Source: Alistipes sp. (lineage in GTDB: Bacteria; Bacteroidota; Bacteroidia; Bacteroidales; Rikenellaceae). From it: 63,539 nucleotides of DNA. The translations under genes were made by a program, and so were the position numbers. The number at the start of each line of letters is the position of its first letter. The stretch's first letter is position 1. The stretch lies in assembly GCF_021204515.1 (NCBI RefSeq), contig NZ_JAJPZH010000037.1; one strand, given 5' to 3'. Positions 26,755 through 37,374 of the stretch are shown piece after piece. Under the pieces are notes generated by a model. That model did not search any database and was not told where the DNA came from. It saw only the letters and a list, made by a program, of their open reading frames with translations.

Positions 26755-29079
26755 CTAACGTTTGTTTCCGCTTTTTTGCACGACTTCGACCAGTCCTGCG
26801 TCGAACATTACGTTTTTCGACCGTTCCAGATCGGGATTCCGTTCGGCGTGCACGGCGATTACGTTTCTGCCGGGCCGAAGAATCCCGTCGGGCAGCGGCA
26901 GCAGGTCGCTGTGGTAGTAGTGCGGCTGACGGTTGCGGACGTCGGCCACCTTCCTGCCGTTCACGAAAACGGTGACGTTGCGGTCGTACCGCGGCCGGAC
27001 ATACACGTTGCCGGGAACCTCCTTCAGGTCGAATTCGCGCCATGCCCAGAGGTGCCGTCCCTTCCATTCGGTCCGGGCCAGATGCGCCGGGTCGGTGCGT
27101 TCGTAATAGGGGAAACTCAGCACGCCGTCGGGGTGGTTGAATCCGAACGGGGCTTCGCCCTGCTTCCATCCGGCCGGAGGAGCCGTGCTTTTCTGCCAGC
27201 CTTCCGCCGGTTTTTCCATGGTGTAATACCATTGCTGGGGTTTTCGCGCCGCATCTTCCAGTACGGTGCGCAGCGACAGATCGGGCGCATACAGCGGCTG
27301 GTGGAGTGCATACAGTTCTCCTTCGGGGAATTTCTCGACGGCGCGGTCGTAGGTCATCAGGCCGTTCACCTCGCCCTCGACGTCGGAGGTCTGGGTGTAG
27401 ATGGCGCCGCTCAATCCTTCCGAAATCATCGTGCGGAGCTGGAATACCATGTGTCTGTAAGCCTTCCTGAATTTTTCGGGGTCCTTGTACGTGGCATAGC
27501 CCCAGTTGTTCATGGCCGGATTCCAGAGGTGTCCCTCCGTCGGCAGGCCGAGTCCTCCGAATTCGCCCACGACGAATGCGCGGCCGGGTCCGGCGTTCTC
27601 CACGCGTCCCGGTCCGGGGTATTTGTGGATGTCGGCGATGTCGCCGTTGCCCATGTCCACCCAGCCGCTGACCTCGGCCAGCCGCGAAGGATCGTACTTT
27701 TTCACCCAGTCGATCAGCTGTTTGCCGCCGTACTGGCCCCAGCCCTCGTTGAACACGACCCAGTTCACGATCGACGGATAGTTGCGCAGCTGGTCGATCA
27801 TGGCTTTCAGTTCCTTCTCGTACCGGTGTGCGGCTTCGGGGTCCTTGTCGATGCCGTGCGGATAGTCTTTCAGGTTGTAGTCGTCGCCCGACACGGCGTC
27901 CTGCCATACCAGCACGCCCAGCCGGTCGCAGTGGTAGTAGAAACGGTCCGACTCTACTTTGATATGTTTGCGGATGGTGTTGAAACCGGCTTTCAGCGTG
28001 AATTCGATGTCATACAGCAACGCCTCTTCCGTCGGAGCGGTCAGCAGACCGTCGGGCCACCATCCCTGATCGAGCAGGCCGTATTGGAAGACGAATTCGC
28101 CGTTGAGCAGGATACGGTCGAATCCGTCGGCGTCTTTGCCGACCGAGATTTTGCGCATTCCGAAATAGGAATCCGCCGCGTCGGTCCGCTTTCCGTTTTC
28201 GAACACCGTCATTTTCAGGTCGTAAAGGAACGGCGATGCCGGCGACCAGAGCTTGGCGTCCGTTATGCGCAGGACGGCCTTTTCTCCCGGGCGGACGGTG
28301 GCCTCGGCGACCCGGCGGCCCTTGTCGTAAGCTTCGAACTTCACCTGCGTCGCAGCGGTGGCGTTCGGAACGTCGGCGCTGACGACGTATTGGCCGCGGT
28401 CGATGTCCGGCGTGCCGTGGTAGGAGGCGATGTACAGCGGATCGACGGCTTCCAGCCATACGGTTTTCCAGATGCCCGATACCGGGGTGTAGTGGATGCC
28501 TTTGGGGTTCAGCACCTGCTTGCCGCGCGGCTGACGTCCCTTGTCCGTGGGGTCGGTGACCTCCACTGAGACCTCCTGCGGGCCGTTTTCACGAAGCAGT
28601 TCCGTGATGTCGAACGTAAAGGCGTCGTTGCCGCCCTCGTGCGTCCCGGCTTCCCTGTCGTTGATGCGCACCGCCGCGGTATAATCCACGGCTCCGAAAT
28701 GCAGCAGAATGCGCTTTCCGCGCCATGCCGCGGGCACCTCGAACGAGCGCCGGTACCAGAGCTTTTCGGTCGGCAGGAACGTGCGCTGCACCCCCGAAAG
28801 CGACGATTCGATTCCGAACGGCACGAGGATTTTACCGTCGGCGCCGGCCGGCGCCGCAGCGCCGATCTCCGTCACGGCGTAGTCCCACAGGCCGTTGAGG
28901 TTCTGCCAGTGGGGGCGGACCAACTGCGGCCGCGGATATTCGGGCAGCGGGCAGCGCGGATCGACGCGGTCCGTCCAGCGGGTTTTGATTTTGTCTCCGG
29001 CAGGTTTCCACTCTGCTGAGACGGTCGTTGTGAGCAGGAGCGCTCCGGCGAGGAGCAGGTGTGAAAGTCGTCTGTTCAT
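26755..29079 (-). CDS. glycoside hydrolase family 2 with extra C-terminal beta-sandwich domain
   Basis: Signal peptide; YPRPQL..NLNGLW, LHFGAVD, LDQGWWPDG, RKHIKVE, FNEGWG, GEFGG. Confidence 0.88.
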   Translation of the reverse strand: MNRRLSHLLLAGALLLTTTVSAEWKPAGDKIKTRWTDRVDPRCPLPEYPRPQLVRPHWQNLNGLWDYAVTEIGAAAPAGADGKILVPFGIESSLSGVQRTFLPTEKLWYRRSFEVPAAWRGKRILLHFGAVDYTAAVRINDREAGTHEGGNDAFTFDITELLRENGPQEVSVEVTDPTDKGRQPRGKQVLNPKGIHYTPVSGIWKTVWLEAVDPLYIASYHGTPDIDRGQYVVSADVPNATAATQVKFEAYDKGRRVAEATVRPGEKAVLRITDAKLWSPASPFLYDLKMTVFENGKRTDAADSYFGMRKISVGKDADGFDRILLNGEFVFQYGLLDQGWWPDGLLTAPTEEALLYDIEFTLKAGFNTIRKHIKVESDRFYYHCDRLGVLVWQDAVSGDDYNLKDYPHGIDKDPEAAHRYEKELKAMIDQLRNYPSIVNWVVFNEGWGQYGGKQLIDWVKKYDPSRLAEVSGWVDMGNGDIADIHKYPGPGRVENAGPGRAFVVGEFGGLGLPTEGHLWNPAMNNWGYATYKDPEKFRKAYRHMVFQLRTMISEGLSGAIYTQTSDVEGEVNGLMTYDRAVEKFPEGELYALHQPLYAPDLSLRTVLEDAARKPQQWYYTMEKPAEGWQKSTAPPAGWKQGEAPFGFNHPDGVLSFPYYERTDPAHLARTEWKGRHLWAWREFDLKEVPGNVYVRPRYDRNVTVFVNGRKVADVRNRQPHYYHSDLLPLPDGILRPGRNVIAVHAERNPDLERSKNVMFDAGLVEVVQKSGNKR

Positions 29080-29086
29080 GCTGTAA

Positions 29087-30577
29087 TTACTGTTTGCGGT
29101 GTTTCTGTTTCGGTGCGGCTTCCGGATCGTTCGAGGGGGCTTTGTCCACTCCGAACGACATCGGAGGCGTCGGGCGGCCCGCTTCGCGTAGTTTCGCGCG
29201 GTATTTGTTCATCAGGGCGTGCCCGCTCAGACGGGCGTTGCCGCCCAGTGCGAGATCGGGTTCGCACGAGCCGATCCATGCGAGATAATCGTTGTACAGT
29301 TCTTCGAATTTCTCCGGATACCGCTCTTTCAGACCGTGTTTTTCGCCCGGGTCGGCTTCCAGATCGTAGAGGTCGCACGCTTTGACCCTCTTGGGATCGG
29401 AGACCAGTTTCCATTTGCCCTGACGAATGGCGAAACTGTTGCGGTTCACGCGCTGGGCGTTGTTCAGCGGCTCGCTCCAGTAGAGCGTCTCGTGGGGTGC
29501 GTCCTGCATATCGCCGCGGAAATAGGGAACGAGGTTCGTGCCCTGCAGTCCTTCGGCCTCGACGTTGGCCTGCGCCAGTACGGTCGGGACGATGTCGATG
29601 CTGATGAACGGTTCGTCGTAGACCTTTCCGGCCGGAATGACGCCCGGATAGCTCGCTATGAAGGGGACGCGGATACCGCCTTCGTAGTAGCTTCCCTTTT
29701 GTCCCCGCAGTCCGCTCAGGTCGCTTACGCCGCGTACGCCGCCGTTGTCGCTCAGGTAGAAAACGATCGTCTCGTTACGCAGGTTCAGGCTGTCGAGCGT
29801 CTGCATGACCTTTCCCACGCCTTGGTCCAGCGCCGCCGTCATGGCGCGCACCCGGTCTTTTTTTGTCGGGTTCGCCGGGTCGTCGGCATATTTTTGCAAC
29901 AACTCTTCGGGTACCTGATAGGGCGAGTGAATGGCGTTGTAGGCCAGATAGACGAAGAACGGCTTTCCCGCTTCGGCGCTGCTGCGGATGAAATCGACCG
30001 CCTGATCGGTATATTCGTACGTCGTGTAGTCCATGTCGATCGCAGGCTCCATGCCGTCGAGCGTAAACGCCAGTCCGGTGTAGGTTCCGTCCCACGAACC
30101 GCCCACCAGCGGGTCGAAATAGTCGTGCAGACCGTTGATGAAACCGTAGAATTTGTCGAATCCCCGGTTGACCGGGTGGTTGCGGATGTAATCGCCCACG
30201 TGCCACTTGCCGATGCAGGCCGTGGCGTAGCCCGCGTCGTGCAGGTATTCGCTCACCAGCCGCTGTTCGGCGGGAATGCCGCCCACGCTGGGCGATTCGA
30301 GCGAGTAGAAGCCGAAGCTCTGCTGGTATTTGCCCGTCAGCAGACCGGCGCGCGTGGGACTGCTGAGGCTTCCCGATGTGTAGCCCTGCATACACTGCAC
30401 GCCGCTGGCGGCCAGCGCGTCGATGTTGGGCGTATGGATACGGTCGGTATGCGGATAGCAGTTTACTCCGCCGTACCCTTGGTCGTCGGAGACGATCAGT
30501 ACGACGTTGGGCCGCTGTTGTGCGACGGCGGGGAGTGCGGCCAGCGCCGCGAACGGAATTACGGATATGGCTTTCAT
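29087..30577 (-). CDS. sulfatase (S1, Ser-type)
   Basis: RPNVVLIVSDDQG, SSPTRAGLLTG, GKWH, SDNGG; start trimmed to MKAISV. Confidence 0.92.
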   Translation of the reverse strand: MKAISVIPFAALAALPAVAQQRPNVVLIVSDDQGYGGVNCYPHTDRIHTPNIDALAASGVQCMQGYTSGSLSSPTRAGLLTGKYQQSFGFYSLESPSVGGIPAEQRLVSEYLHDAGYATACIGKWHVGDYIRNHPVNRGFDKFYGFINGLHDYFDPLVGGSWDGTYTGLAFTLDGMEPAIDMDYTTYEYTDQAVDFIRSSAEAGKPFFVYLAYNAIHSPYQVPEELLQKYADDPANPTKKDRVRAMTAALDQGVGKVMQTLDSLNLRNETIVFYLSDNGGVRGVSDLSGLRGQKGSYYEGGIRVPFIASYPGVIPAGKVYDEPFISIDIVPTVLAQANVEAEGLQGTNLVPYFRGDMQDAPHETLYWSEPLNNAQRVNRNSFAIRQGKWKLVSDPKRVKACDLYDLEADPGEKHGLKERYPEKFEELYNDYLAWIGSCEPDLALGGNARLSGHALMNKYRAKLREAGRPTPPMSFGVDKAPSNDPEAAPKQKHRKQ

Positions 30578-32166
30578 CGGATCTCGGATTGTGTGTGGTT
30601 GAACAGGTAGTTGTGCGGATTGCGTTTGAAACGGTAGCGGTGGCGCGGCATCGGCAGCGGGTCCTGCGTCGCAAGTTCCCATTGCAGCAGCTTGGCCGTC
30701 AGCCGGGCGCGAATGTCGGCGTATTTCTTCTCCCCTGCGAGGTTTTTCACCTCCGACGGGTCTTTTTTCAGGTCGTACAGCCAGCAGTTTCCGTCCATGT
30801 CGGCCACCAGCTTCCAGTCGCCGCTGCGCACCATGCGCATCGTGCCGCTCTGCGTCCATGTGTTGAGGCAGTCGAAGAATCCCGGCTTTTTGCCGACGGC
30901 CCCTTCCTGCTGATAATCGGTGCCGTCCTCTTTGGTGTAGTACATGCCGCCGTATCCGTCCTGCGCCATGACGCTTGCGAATTCGGCTTCGGGATAGGCT
31001 TTGCCGGTCAGCAGGGGCCACAGACTGCGGCCTTGTACGCCGTCGGGAATCGGCGCGCCGACGATCTCGCAGACCGTGGGCATGATGTCCGTCAGCGAGA
31101 CGTGCGCCGCATGGGGTTCGGCCGAAGCGCGGATGCCCGGCCCGGTCCACTGCATCGGCACGCGGGCCAGCGCGTCGTCGAGTCCCACGCCCTTCTTCAT
31201 CAGCCCGTATTCGCCCGCGAAATCGCCGTGGTCCGAGACGAAGACGATGATCGTATTGTCGTATACGCCCGTGCGTTTCAGCTCTTCGGTCAGGCGTCCC
31301 ACCTGATCGTCGATCATACGCAGCGTGCCGTGGTAGATCGACCGCAGTTTCTGCAGGTGTTCGGCATATCCCGGGTGCCCGACAGCCATCATTTCGTCGA
31401 GCAGTTCGTATTCGGCGCCCTTGGCCGCGCGGTCCGCCGCCGTGGTGCGGGGCGCCGGAAGGCTTTCGGGCGGAAACATCGAGAAGTAAGGCTCGCAGGT
31501 CTGATACGGGTTGTGCGGTTCGGGTATCGAGAACCACATCAGGAAGGGCTGGCCTTTGATGCTTTCGATCCACTGCGCGGCGTCGTCCACCATGCGGTAG
31601 GGCAGCTGCACTTCGACTCCTCCCGGCGACGGCTCCAGCCAGCGGTTCATGTTCAGGGTCTTGAGGAAACGGTCGTAAGCCGCCTCTTCGGGCGTGCGGC
31701 CCTCCTTCCCGATTTTGCCGGCATGCCCGTATTCGCACCAGAAGTCGGCTTTTTTGGCCGTCATATGGGAGTGGTTCTTGCCCACGAGCGCCGTTTTATA
31801 ACCGCTTTCGCGCGCTACGTCGAAGAGGTCCTTGGTGTAATACACGTCTTCGATATTGTGGTTGCTCCTCACGTGCGTCGCGCTCGGGAAGCGTCCCGTG
31901 AGCATCGCTACGCGCGCCGGACCGCTTGCGGGAGCGGGCGTGTAGGCCTTGTCGAACCAAGTGCCCTGCCGTGCCAGCGCATTGGTGCGCGGCATCGTTT
32001 CTAAGGGATACCCGTCGCGTCCCATCAGCTCCGTACGCAGCTGGTCGCACATGATTATTATTATATTGGGCCTTTCCGGCGCAGCGCTCTGCGCCTTTGC
32101 CGCGGGTGCGGCCGCCGCCGCGGCCATGCCGCAGCACAGGATCTGGCGTTTCATCGGGTATGTCAT
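30574..32166 (-). CDS. sulfatase (S1, Ser-type)
   Basis: RPNIIIIMCDQLR, SGPARVAMLTG, GKNH, SDHG; alternative start 32154. Confidence 0.9.
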   Translation of the reverse strand: MTYPMKRQILCCGMAAAAAAPAAKAQSAAPERPNIIIIMCDQLRTELMGRDGYPLETMPRTNALARQGTWFDKAYTPAPASGPARVAMLTGRFPSATHVRSNHNIEDVYYTKDLFDVARESGYKTALVGKNHSHMTAKKADFWCEYGHAGKIGKEGRTPEEAAYDRFLKTLNMNRWLEPSPGGVEVQLPYRMVDDAAQWIESIKGQPFLMWFSIPEPHNPYQTCEPYFSMFPPESLPAPRTTAADRAAKGAEYELLDEMMAVGHPGYAEHLQKLRSIYHGTLRMIDDQVGRLTEELKRTGVYDNTIIVFVSDHGDFAGEYGLMKKGVGLDDALARVPMQWTGPGIRASAEPHAAHVSLTDIMPTVCEIVGAPIPDGVQGRSLWPLLTGKAYPEAEFASVMAQDGYGGMYYTKEDGTDYQQEGAVGKKPGFFDCLNTWTQSGTMRMVRSGDWKLVADMDGNCWLYDLKKDPSEVKNLAGEKKYADIRARLTAKLLQWELATQDPLPMPRHRYRFKRNPHNYLFNHTQSEIR

Positions 32167-34196
32167 TTACTCCGGGTCGCAATGACCGGGAATTCGCAAA
32201 TACGCAGCGTGGTGCAGCCGTAGGGAATCAGCGTCACGGTTTCGGCCGGAACGCCCGGCAGTGCGACCGGTCCCCAAGGCAGCGGTCCCGTACTGCCGTT
32301 GTAACGGCTCCAGAACGGTATGCGTTTGGCCTGCGCCTTGATTTCGATCGGGGCGTTTTCCGTGTTCCACGGATAACTGCCGCGCGCTTTTTCCGGATCG
32401 ACGGTCACTTCGAACGCCTTTTCCGGATTGCGGAGGACCGTTTGCAGCAGTCCGTAATTCCAGTCGGTCGTGGGATGCACCTCCCAGTAATAGTCGCCCA
32501 TTCTGCCGCGCTCCTCCTCGGCGACCTCGATGCGCCGCCAATCTTCGCCGATCTTCAGCGCATAAACCAGCGGTCCGCGTTCCACGGCGACCGATTTCTC
32601 GTACCAGCGGCTCGTCGTGACTCTCATCGGCAGCACCAGCTCCACTTTGTCGCCGGGTTTCCAAGCGCGGTCGATCTTCACGACGGCCTGCTGTTTCCCG
32701 ACCGTCACGGTTTCGCCGTTTACCTTCACGACCGGCGTTTTGCACCACTCCGGGATGCGCAGGCTGAAGGGGAACTTCACCGACCCTCCTTTCTTGACGG
32801 AGGGCGTCACGGTGAATACGATCCGCTCTTCGAACGGATAGGAGGTCTCTTCGCGCACGGTTACCTCCGTACCTCCTGCGACGCGCGCCGTCACGCTCGA
32901 CGGCGAATAGACCATGGCGGCGATACCCCCGTCGGGCGTGGCGTACCACAAGTTCTGCACGAACTTGGGCCATCCCTGATGCAGGTTGGCCGTGCAGCAG
33001 GTGTAACCCGTCAGCAGGCCGAAGAGGTTGTCGTTGCCGTTGTGGTCGTTGGTGAAGTTGCGCTTGTCGCGCGAGCAGACGATCTGATTGGCCTGCTGGA
33101 AATACTGGCGCGTCATGAAATCGTCGGAGATCTGCGTCGGAAGCGCATTGAACGTGACTTTCTCCAGATAGTCGGCGTACGAACCGTCTCCCGTGATCTG
33201 GAATATCTCCTCGAGCGAAAGCATCAGTTCCACGACCGAGCATAGCTCGGTGCCCTGCGTCGGGTCGGCTCCGTGCAGCGACTCGTCGCCGCCGTACATG
33301 CCGTTGGGCCATCCGTTGAATTTACGCAGGTCGGCGAAGCCCTTCTTCACGGCTTCGAGGTGCTTCTTGTCGCCGCTCTGCTGGTAATAAATCACGGGTT
33401 CCTTGATGCCCTGCGCCAGATTCACGCAGTGTACCGAAAATTTGTTGCAGAGAAAATCGTCGCCGAGCAGTTTGCCCGTGAAGTCGAACGCCTGCCGGTG
33501 CAGCATTTCCGAGAGGTCCAGCAGGAATTTGTCGCCCGTGATGTTGTAGAGCCAGTAGACGGTCTGCAGGTTGTCGCAGACGCGGTAGAGCGACCAGAAC
33601 GACCAATGGTTCAGTTTCTTTTCGGGCAGCGTCTGAAGCTGGTAACGGAAGTATTTGGTCATGAAATTCGTAACGCGCCCGTCGCCCGTCGCCGAGTAAT
33701 ATTGCTTCAGTATCTTCAGTACCACCATTCGGGGCCACCAGTCTTCGGCGCGGTTGCGCTGCAGGCCCTTTTCTGCCGGGTAGTCCTTGTCGGGACCGAA
33801 CGAGCCGTCGGCTTTCTGGCTCGCCAGCGCCCATTCGATCCACGGCTGCACTTTCCGTTTCATGGCTTCGTCGCCGAGGATGTAGGCCAGCGGCAGCAGG
33901 CCGTCGATCCAGTACGGGCCGCGTTCCCACATGTCGCCGTCTCCGCCGAGCCAGCCGTTGCGCTGGCCCATCACCAGCGGATAGAGTTCGTCCATGTGCC
34001 CGGTCATGCCGTTGCGCTGCCGCTGGAGCATCTCCAGCAGCCAGCCTTCGGGTTTGATGCTGCCCAGCGGCAGTTCCAGATAGGGCTTTCCGACCAGCGG
34101 TTCGCGGTTCGGAACGTATTGGGATTGTTGTGCGCGGATCTCTCCCGTGAGCAGCAGACCCGTCAGGAGCGTTGCGAGAATAAGTCTGGTTTTCAT
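32163..34196 (-). CDS. GH127/GH146 beta-L-arabinofuranosidase-family protein
   Basis: LPLGSIKPEGWL, WERGPYW.DG, HCVN, TELC, YTCCTAN (Zn/Cys cluster), RGPLVY, TLIPYG. Confidence 0.85.
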   Translation of the reverse strand: MKTRLILATLLTGLLLTGEIRAQQSQYVPNREPLVGKPYLELPLGSIKPEGWLLEMLQRQRNGMTGHMDELYPLVMGQRNGWLGGDGDMWERGPYWIDGLLPLAYILGDEAMKRKVQPWIEWALASQKADGSFGPDKDYPAEKGLQRNRAEDWWPRMVVLKILKQYYSATGDGRVTNFMTKYFRYQLQTLPEKKLNHWSFWSLYRVCDNLQTVYWLYNITGDKFLLDLSEMLHRQAFDFTGKLLGDDFLCNKFSVHCVNLAQGIKEPVIYYQQSGDKKHLEAVKKGFADLRKFNGWPNGMYGGDESLHGADPTQGTELCSVVELMLSLEEIFQITGDGSYADYLEKVTFNALPTQISDDFMTRQYFQQANQIVCSRDKRNFTNDHNGNDNLFGLLTGYTCCTANLHQGWPKFVQNLWYATPDGGIAAMVYSPSSVTARVAGGTEVTVREETSYPFEERIVFTVTPSVKKGGSVKFPFSLRIPEWCKTPVVKVNGETVTVGKQQAVVKIDRAWKPGDKVELVLPMRVTTSRWYEKSVAVERGPLVYALKIGEDWRRIEVAEEERGRMGDYYWEVHPTTDWNYGLLQTVLRNPEKAFEVTVDPEKARGSYPWNTENAPIEIKAQAKRIPFWSRYNGSTGPLPWGPVALPGVPAETVTLIPYGCTTLRICEFPVIATRSK

Positions 34197-35668
34197 TTAT
34201 TCTTGGTTTTTGCCTGTTTTTTCTTCTTGGGCTGGGGTGCGTTGTCTGCGTCGTGTTTGGGCATATGTTCGAGCGCTTCCATTTCCGTCTGCTGGCCTTT
34301 GTCGCCCTGCTGCCGCATCCATTCGAGCAGTTTGGCGCGCAGGGCGGCCTTCTCCTTGGCGTAAGCCGGGTCATCGGCCAGATTGCGGGTCTGGAACGGG
34401 TCTTTCACGATGTCGTAAAGCTCCTCGGCCGGACGTTTCTGATAACGCTCGACCTGCCGGCGTGCGAATTCGTCCGAGGCGGCTTTCTCCTTCCACGAAT
34501 TCCACCACTGTTTTTTGGGATTCGTGGACATACACTTGAACGTCGCTTCGGGCGTCAGGTTCATGATATAGGCGAACCGTTCGTCGCGCACCGAGCGGAT
34601 GGCGTAATATTCCGGACCGGCGTGGATGCCGCGGCTGGTCTGTATGCCGTATACCTCTTTCTTGAACTTGTCCGTCTTTCCTTCGATGACGGGCAGGAAA
34701 CTGCGTCCGTCGAGTTTTCCGGGTATCTTTCCGCCCGCGATGTCCACCAGCGTCGGAGTCACGTCCACGTATTCGCACATGGCGTCGGTCGTCGTTCCGG
34801 GCTTCACGACTCCGGGCCAGCGGATCAGGAATCCCGTCTGCAGTCCTTCGTCATAGCAGGTCCACTTGGCGAACGGGAACGAATAGCCCTGTTTGCTGGT
34901 GAAGATGAAGACCGTGTTTTCGTCGAGTCCGTATTTGTGCAGCAGCGCGTCCACCGCTCCGACCTGATTGTCCAATACGTTGATCTCCGCCAGATAGTTG
35001 CGGAACTGTTTGCGCGTTTCGGGCGTATCGACCAGATTGTCCGGCAGCGTGAGATTCTTCGGGTCCCACAGGCTTTGGTCGCCGAGGTTCCACGGGTCGT
35101 GCGGCTCGGTCGAACCGACGTAGAGGAAGAACGGTTCGCCCGTTTCGGCCACATTTGCAAGGAACGGCTCTATCTTTTCGGGGCGCACGCTGCGTTCGCC
35201 CTTCTCGTCTTCCGAGAGGTACTCGAACGGGAAGGCTTCGAGCGGGGCGATATGACGCTTGCCCTGCAGCGCGACGCGGTAACCCGCATTTTTGAGGTAT
35301 TCGGGCAGCGTTCCGACGCCGTCGTTTATCCGCGTATGGTTGGGATAAGCGCCCGACCGCACGGGATAGAGTCCCGTTAGCAGACAGTGGCGCGTGGCCG
35401 AACTCATGGCCGTCGCCTGAAAGAAGCGTTCGAACCGCACGCCCTCGGCCGCAATGCGGTCGATGTTGGGCGTAATGGCGTCGGGACTTCCGTAACATCC
35501 GAGGTCGTAATGGCGGCAGTCGTCGGCGATTATCAGCACGATATTGGGGCGTTTGGCGGATTGCTGTCCGGCCGGTTTTGCCGGGCGTGCGGCCTGCGCG
35601 CTCTGGCAGACTCCGCCCGCGGTGAGAGCCAGCGAGACTCCCAGTCCTATTTTCGGGAAGGTATTCAT
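34193..35668 (-). CDS. sulfatase, N-sulfoglucosamine sulfohydrolase-like (Ser-type, atypical motifs)
   Basis: RPNIVLIIADD, SSATRHCLLTG, GKRH, PHDPW, FAKWTCY; start trimmed to MNTFPK. Confidence 0.85.
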   Translation of the reverse strand: MNTFPKIGLGVSLALTAGGVCQSAQAARPAKPAGQQSAKRPNIVLIIADDCRHYDLGCYGSPDAITPNIDRIAAEGVRFERFFQATAMSSATRHCLLTGLYPVRSGAYPNHTRINDGVGTLPEYLKNAGYRVALQGKRHIAPLEAFPFEYLSEDEKGERSVRPEKIEPFLANVAETGEPFFLYVGSTEPHDPWNLGDQSLWDPKNLTLPDNLVDTPETRKQFRNYLAEINVLDNQVGAVDALLHKYGLDENTVFIFTSKQGYSFPFAKWTCYDEGLQTGFLIRWPGVVKPGTTTDAMCEYVDVTPTLVDIAGGKIPGKLDGRSFLPVIEGKTDKFKKEVYGIQTSRGIHAGPEYYAIRSVRDERFAYIMNLTPEATFKCMSTNPKKQWWNSWKEKAASDEFARRQVERYQKRPAEELYDIVKDPFQTRNLADDPAYAKEKAALRAKLLEWMRQQGDKGQQTEMEALEHMPKHDADNAPQPKKKKQAKTKNK

Positions 35669-35679
35669 CGTTTTTCGGA

Positions 35680-37353
35680 TTATTTTTCGTTGTAAATCTT
35701 CAGTTTGCGGCCGGCGTACTGGTTCATCAGCTGGGGATAGGGCAGGACGTTGTTCTGATCGGCCCATTCGAAATAGAGCTTCTCCATCTGGGCGACCTTC
35801 TTGGGGTATTTCTCCGCCAGATCGTGCTGCTCGGTGCGGTCTTCGGCGATGTTGTAAAGCTCCCATTTCTGACCGTTGTAGTAAGAGGCCACGAGTTTCC
35901 AGTCGCCGACGCGCACCATGCGGTTGCCTTCGTGCTCGGCGAATATCGGACGGCTTTCGATCTTTTTGCCCTCGGCGATCGGCAGGATCGAAACGCCTTT
36001 CAGGGGCAGCAGTTTGCGTTTTTCGTACTTCTTGGGATATTTCGTGCCGGAAGCCGCCAGACAGGTGGTCATGATGTCGGTGAAGTGGCAGGGCTGATTG
36101 TCGATACTGCCCTTGTTCTTCACCTTGTCGCCCCACCATAGGATGCTCGGTGTCGAGATGCCGCCTTCGTGCGCGAAGTGCTTGTAGAGGTTGAACGGCG
36201 CGCAGCAGACGTTGGCCCAGCCGGTTCCGTAATGGTGATAGGTGCCTTTCTGGCCCATGCCGTCCAGCTCGTCGCCCACATGCGTATGGTATTTCAGGCC
36301 GGAGTGGCCGTCGAATCCGAACTCGTGCCACTCGGCGCAGGCGCCGTTGTCCGACATGAAGATTATGAGCGTGTTGTCCAGCTGTCCGTTTTCACGCAGC
36401 GCAGTCAGGAACCGGCCGATATTTTCGTCCATGATGTCTACCATTGCGGCGTAAATCGCCATGCGGCGCGCGAGGTCCTTCTGCTGGTCCGCGGTCAGCG
36501 AATCCCATGCCGGAAGAGCGTGCGGCTGTTTGAGGAAGAGGCTGCCCGGCGCTTCGCCGCGGGGGCCCATCTGCTGACCTTCGGGCAGCAGTCCCAGTTT
36601 GCGCAGACGCTGTTCGCGTTCGGCGCGGATCGTATCCCAGCCTTTCATGTAGGTATCCATGTATTTGTCGATGCGCTCCTTCGGGGCGTGCAGCGGGAAG
36701 TGCGGCGCATTGTAGGAGAGATAGAGGAAGAGCGGCTTATGCTGCTCTTTGGCTTTGCCGGCGAATTCGACCGCGTAATCGGTAATGGCGTCGGTCGAAT
36801 AGTATTCGTCTTCGGGATAGATGCGCACGGTTTCGGGATTGGGCAGGCGCGTGTATTTCGACTGTTCCCAGAAGGTGGTGAACCCGCCCAGCAGGCCGTA
36901 GAAATCCTCGAATCCGCGGTCTACGGGCGTCGGTTTGTCGCCGAGGTGCCATTTTCCCGCCATGGCCGTATAGTACCCGTTGGTACGCAGGGCTTCGGCG
37001 ATGGTGAGGTTGTTGTCGTCGCGGAATCCGCTGTACCCTTCGGGCCAGAGTTTCTTCTTCGGGCCGCCGATCATCTCGCCGACGCCGACCTGATGCGGAT
37101 AGAGGCCCGTCATCAGGCATGCGCGCGACGGACAGCTGCGCGCCGAGTTGTACATCTGCGTGAAACGGACGCCTTCGGTCGCCAGCCGGTCGAGGTTCGG
37201 AGTCCGGATTTCGCCGCCGTAACAGCCGGGGTCCGAAAAACCGAGGTCGTCGGTCAGGATTATCACGATGTTGGGCTGCGCCTGCTGGGCCTGCGCCGTG
37301 CCTGCGGCGGCTCCGCAGAGGGCCAGCGGCATGAGGATACGTTTGGAGTTCAT
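35680..37353 (-). CDS. arylsulfatase (S1, Ser-type)
   Basis: PNIVIILTDDLG, SCPSRACLMTG, GKWH, SDNG, HEGGISTP. Confidence 0.92.
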   Translation of the reverse strand: MNSKRILMPLALCGAAAGTAQAQQAQPNIVIILTDDLGFSDPGCYGGEIRTPNLDRLATEGVRFTQMYNSARSCPSRACLMTGLYPHQVGVGEMIGGPKKKLWPEGYSGFRDDNNLTIAEALRTNGYYTAMAGKWHLGDKPTPVDRGFEDFYGLLGGFTTFWEQSKYTRLPNPETVRIYPEDEYYSTDAITDYAVEFAGKAKEQHKPLFLYLSYNAPHFPLHAPKERIDKYMDTYMKGWDTIRAEREQRLRKLGLLPEGQQMGPRGEAPGSLFLKQPHALPAWDSLTADQQKDLARRMAIYAAMVDIMDENIGRFLTALRENGQLDNTLIIFMSDNGACAEWHEFGFDGHSGLKYHTHVGDELDGMGQKGTYHHYGTGWANVCCAPFNLYKHFAHEGGISTPSILWWGDKVKNKGSIDNQPCHFTDIMTTCLAASGTKYPKKYEKRKLLPLKGVSILPIAEGKKIESRPIFAEHEGNRMVRVGDWKLVASYYNGQKWELYNIAEDRTEQHDLAEKYPKKVAQMEKLYFEWADQNNVLPYPQLMNQYAGRKLKIYNEK

Positions 37354-37374
37354 GGGTTTGTTATTTTTAATCGG

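Noticed and set aside
11463-36331. Long N-terminal extensions in the ORF track (to 13229, 15135, 15755, 18872, 19291, 22577, 24635, 27907, 31738, 36331) suggesting fusions or frameshifts
   Set aside because: Extensions are off-frame read-through across upstream genes; plausible internal starts, mostly with stop/start overlaps or signal peptides, exist
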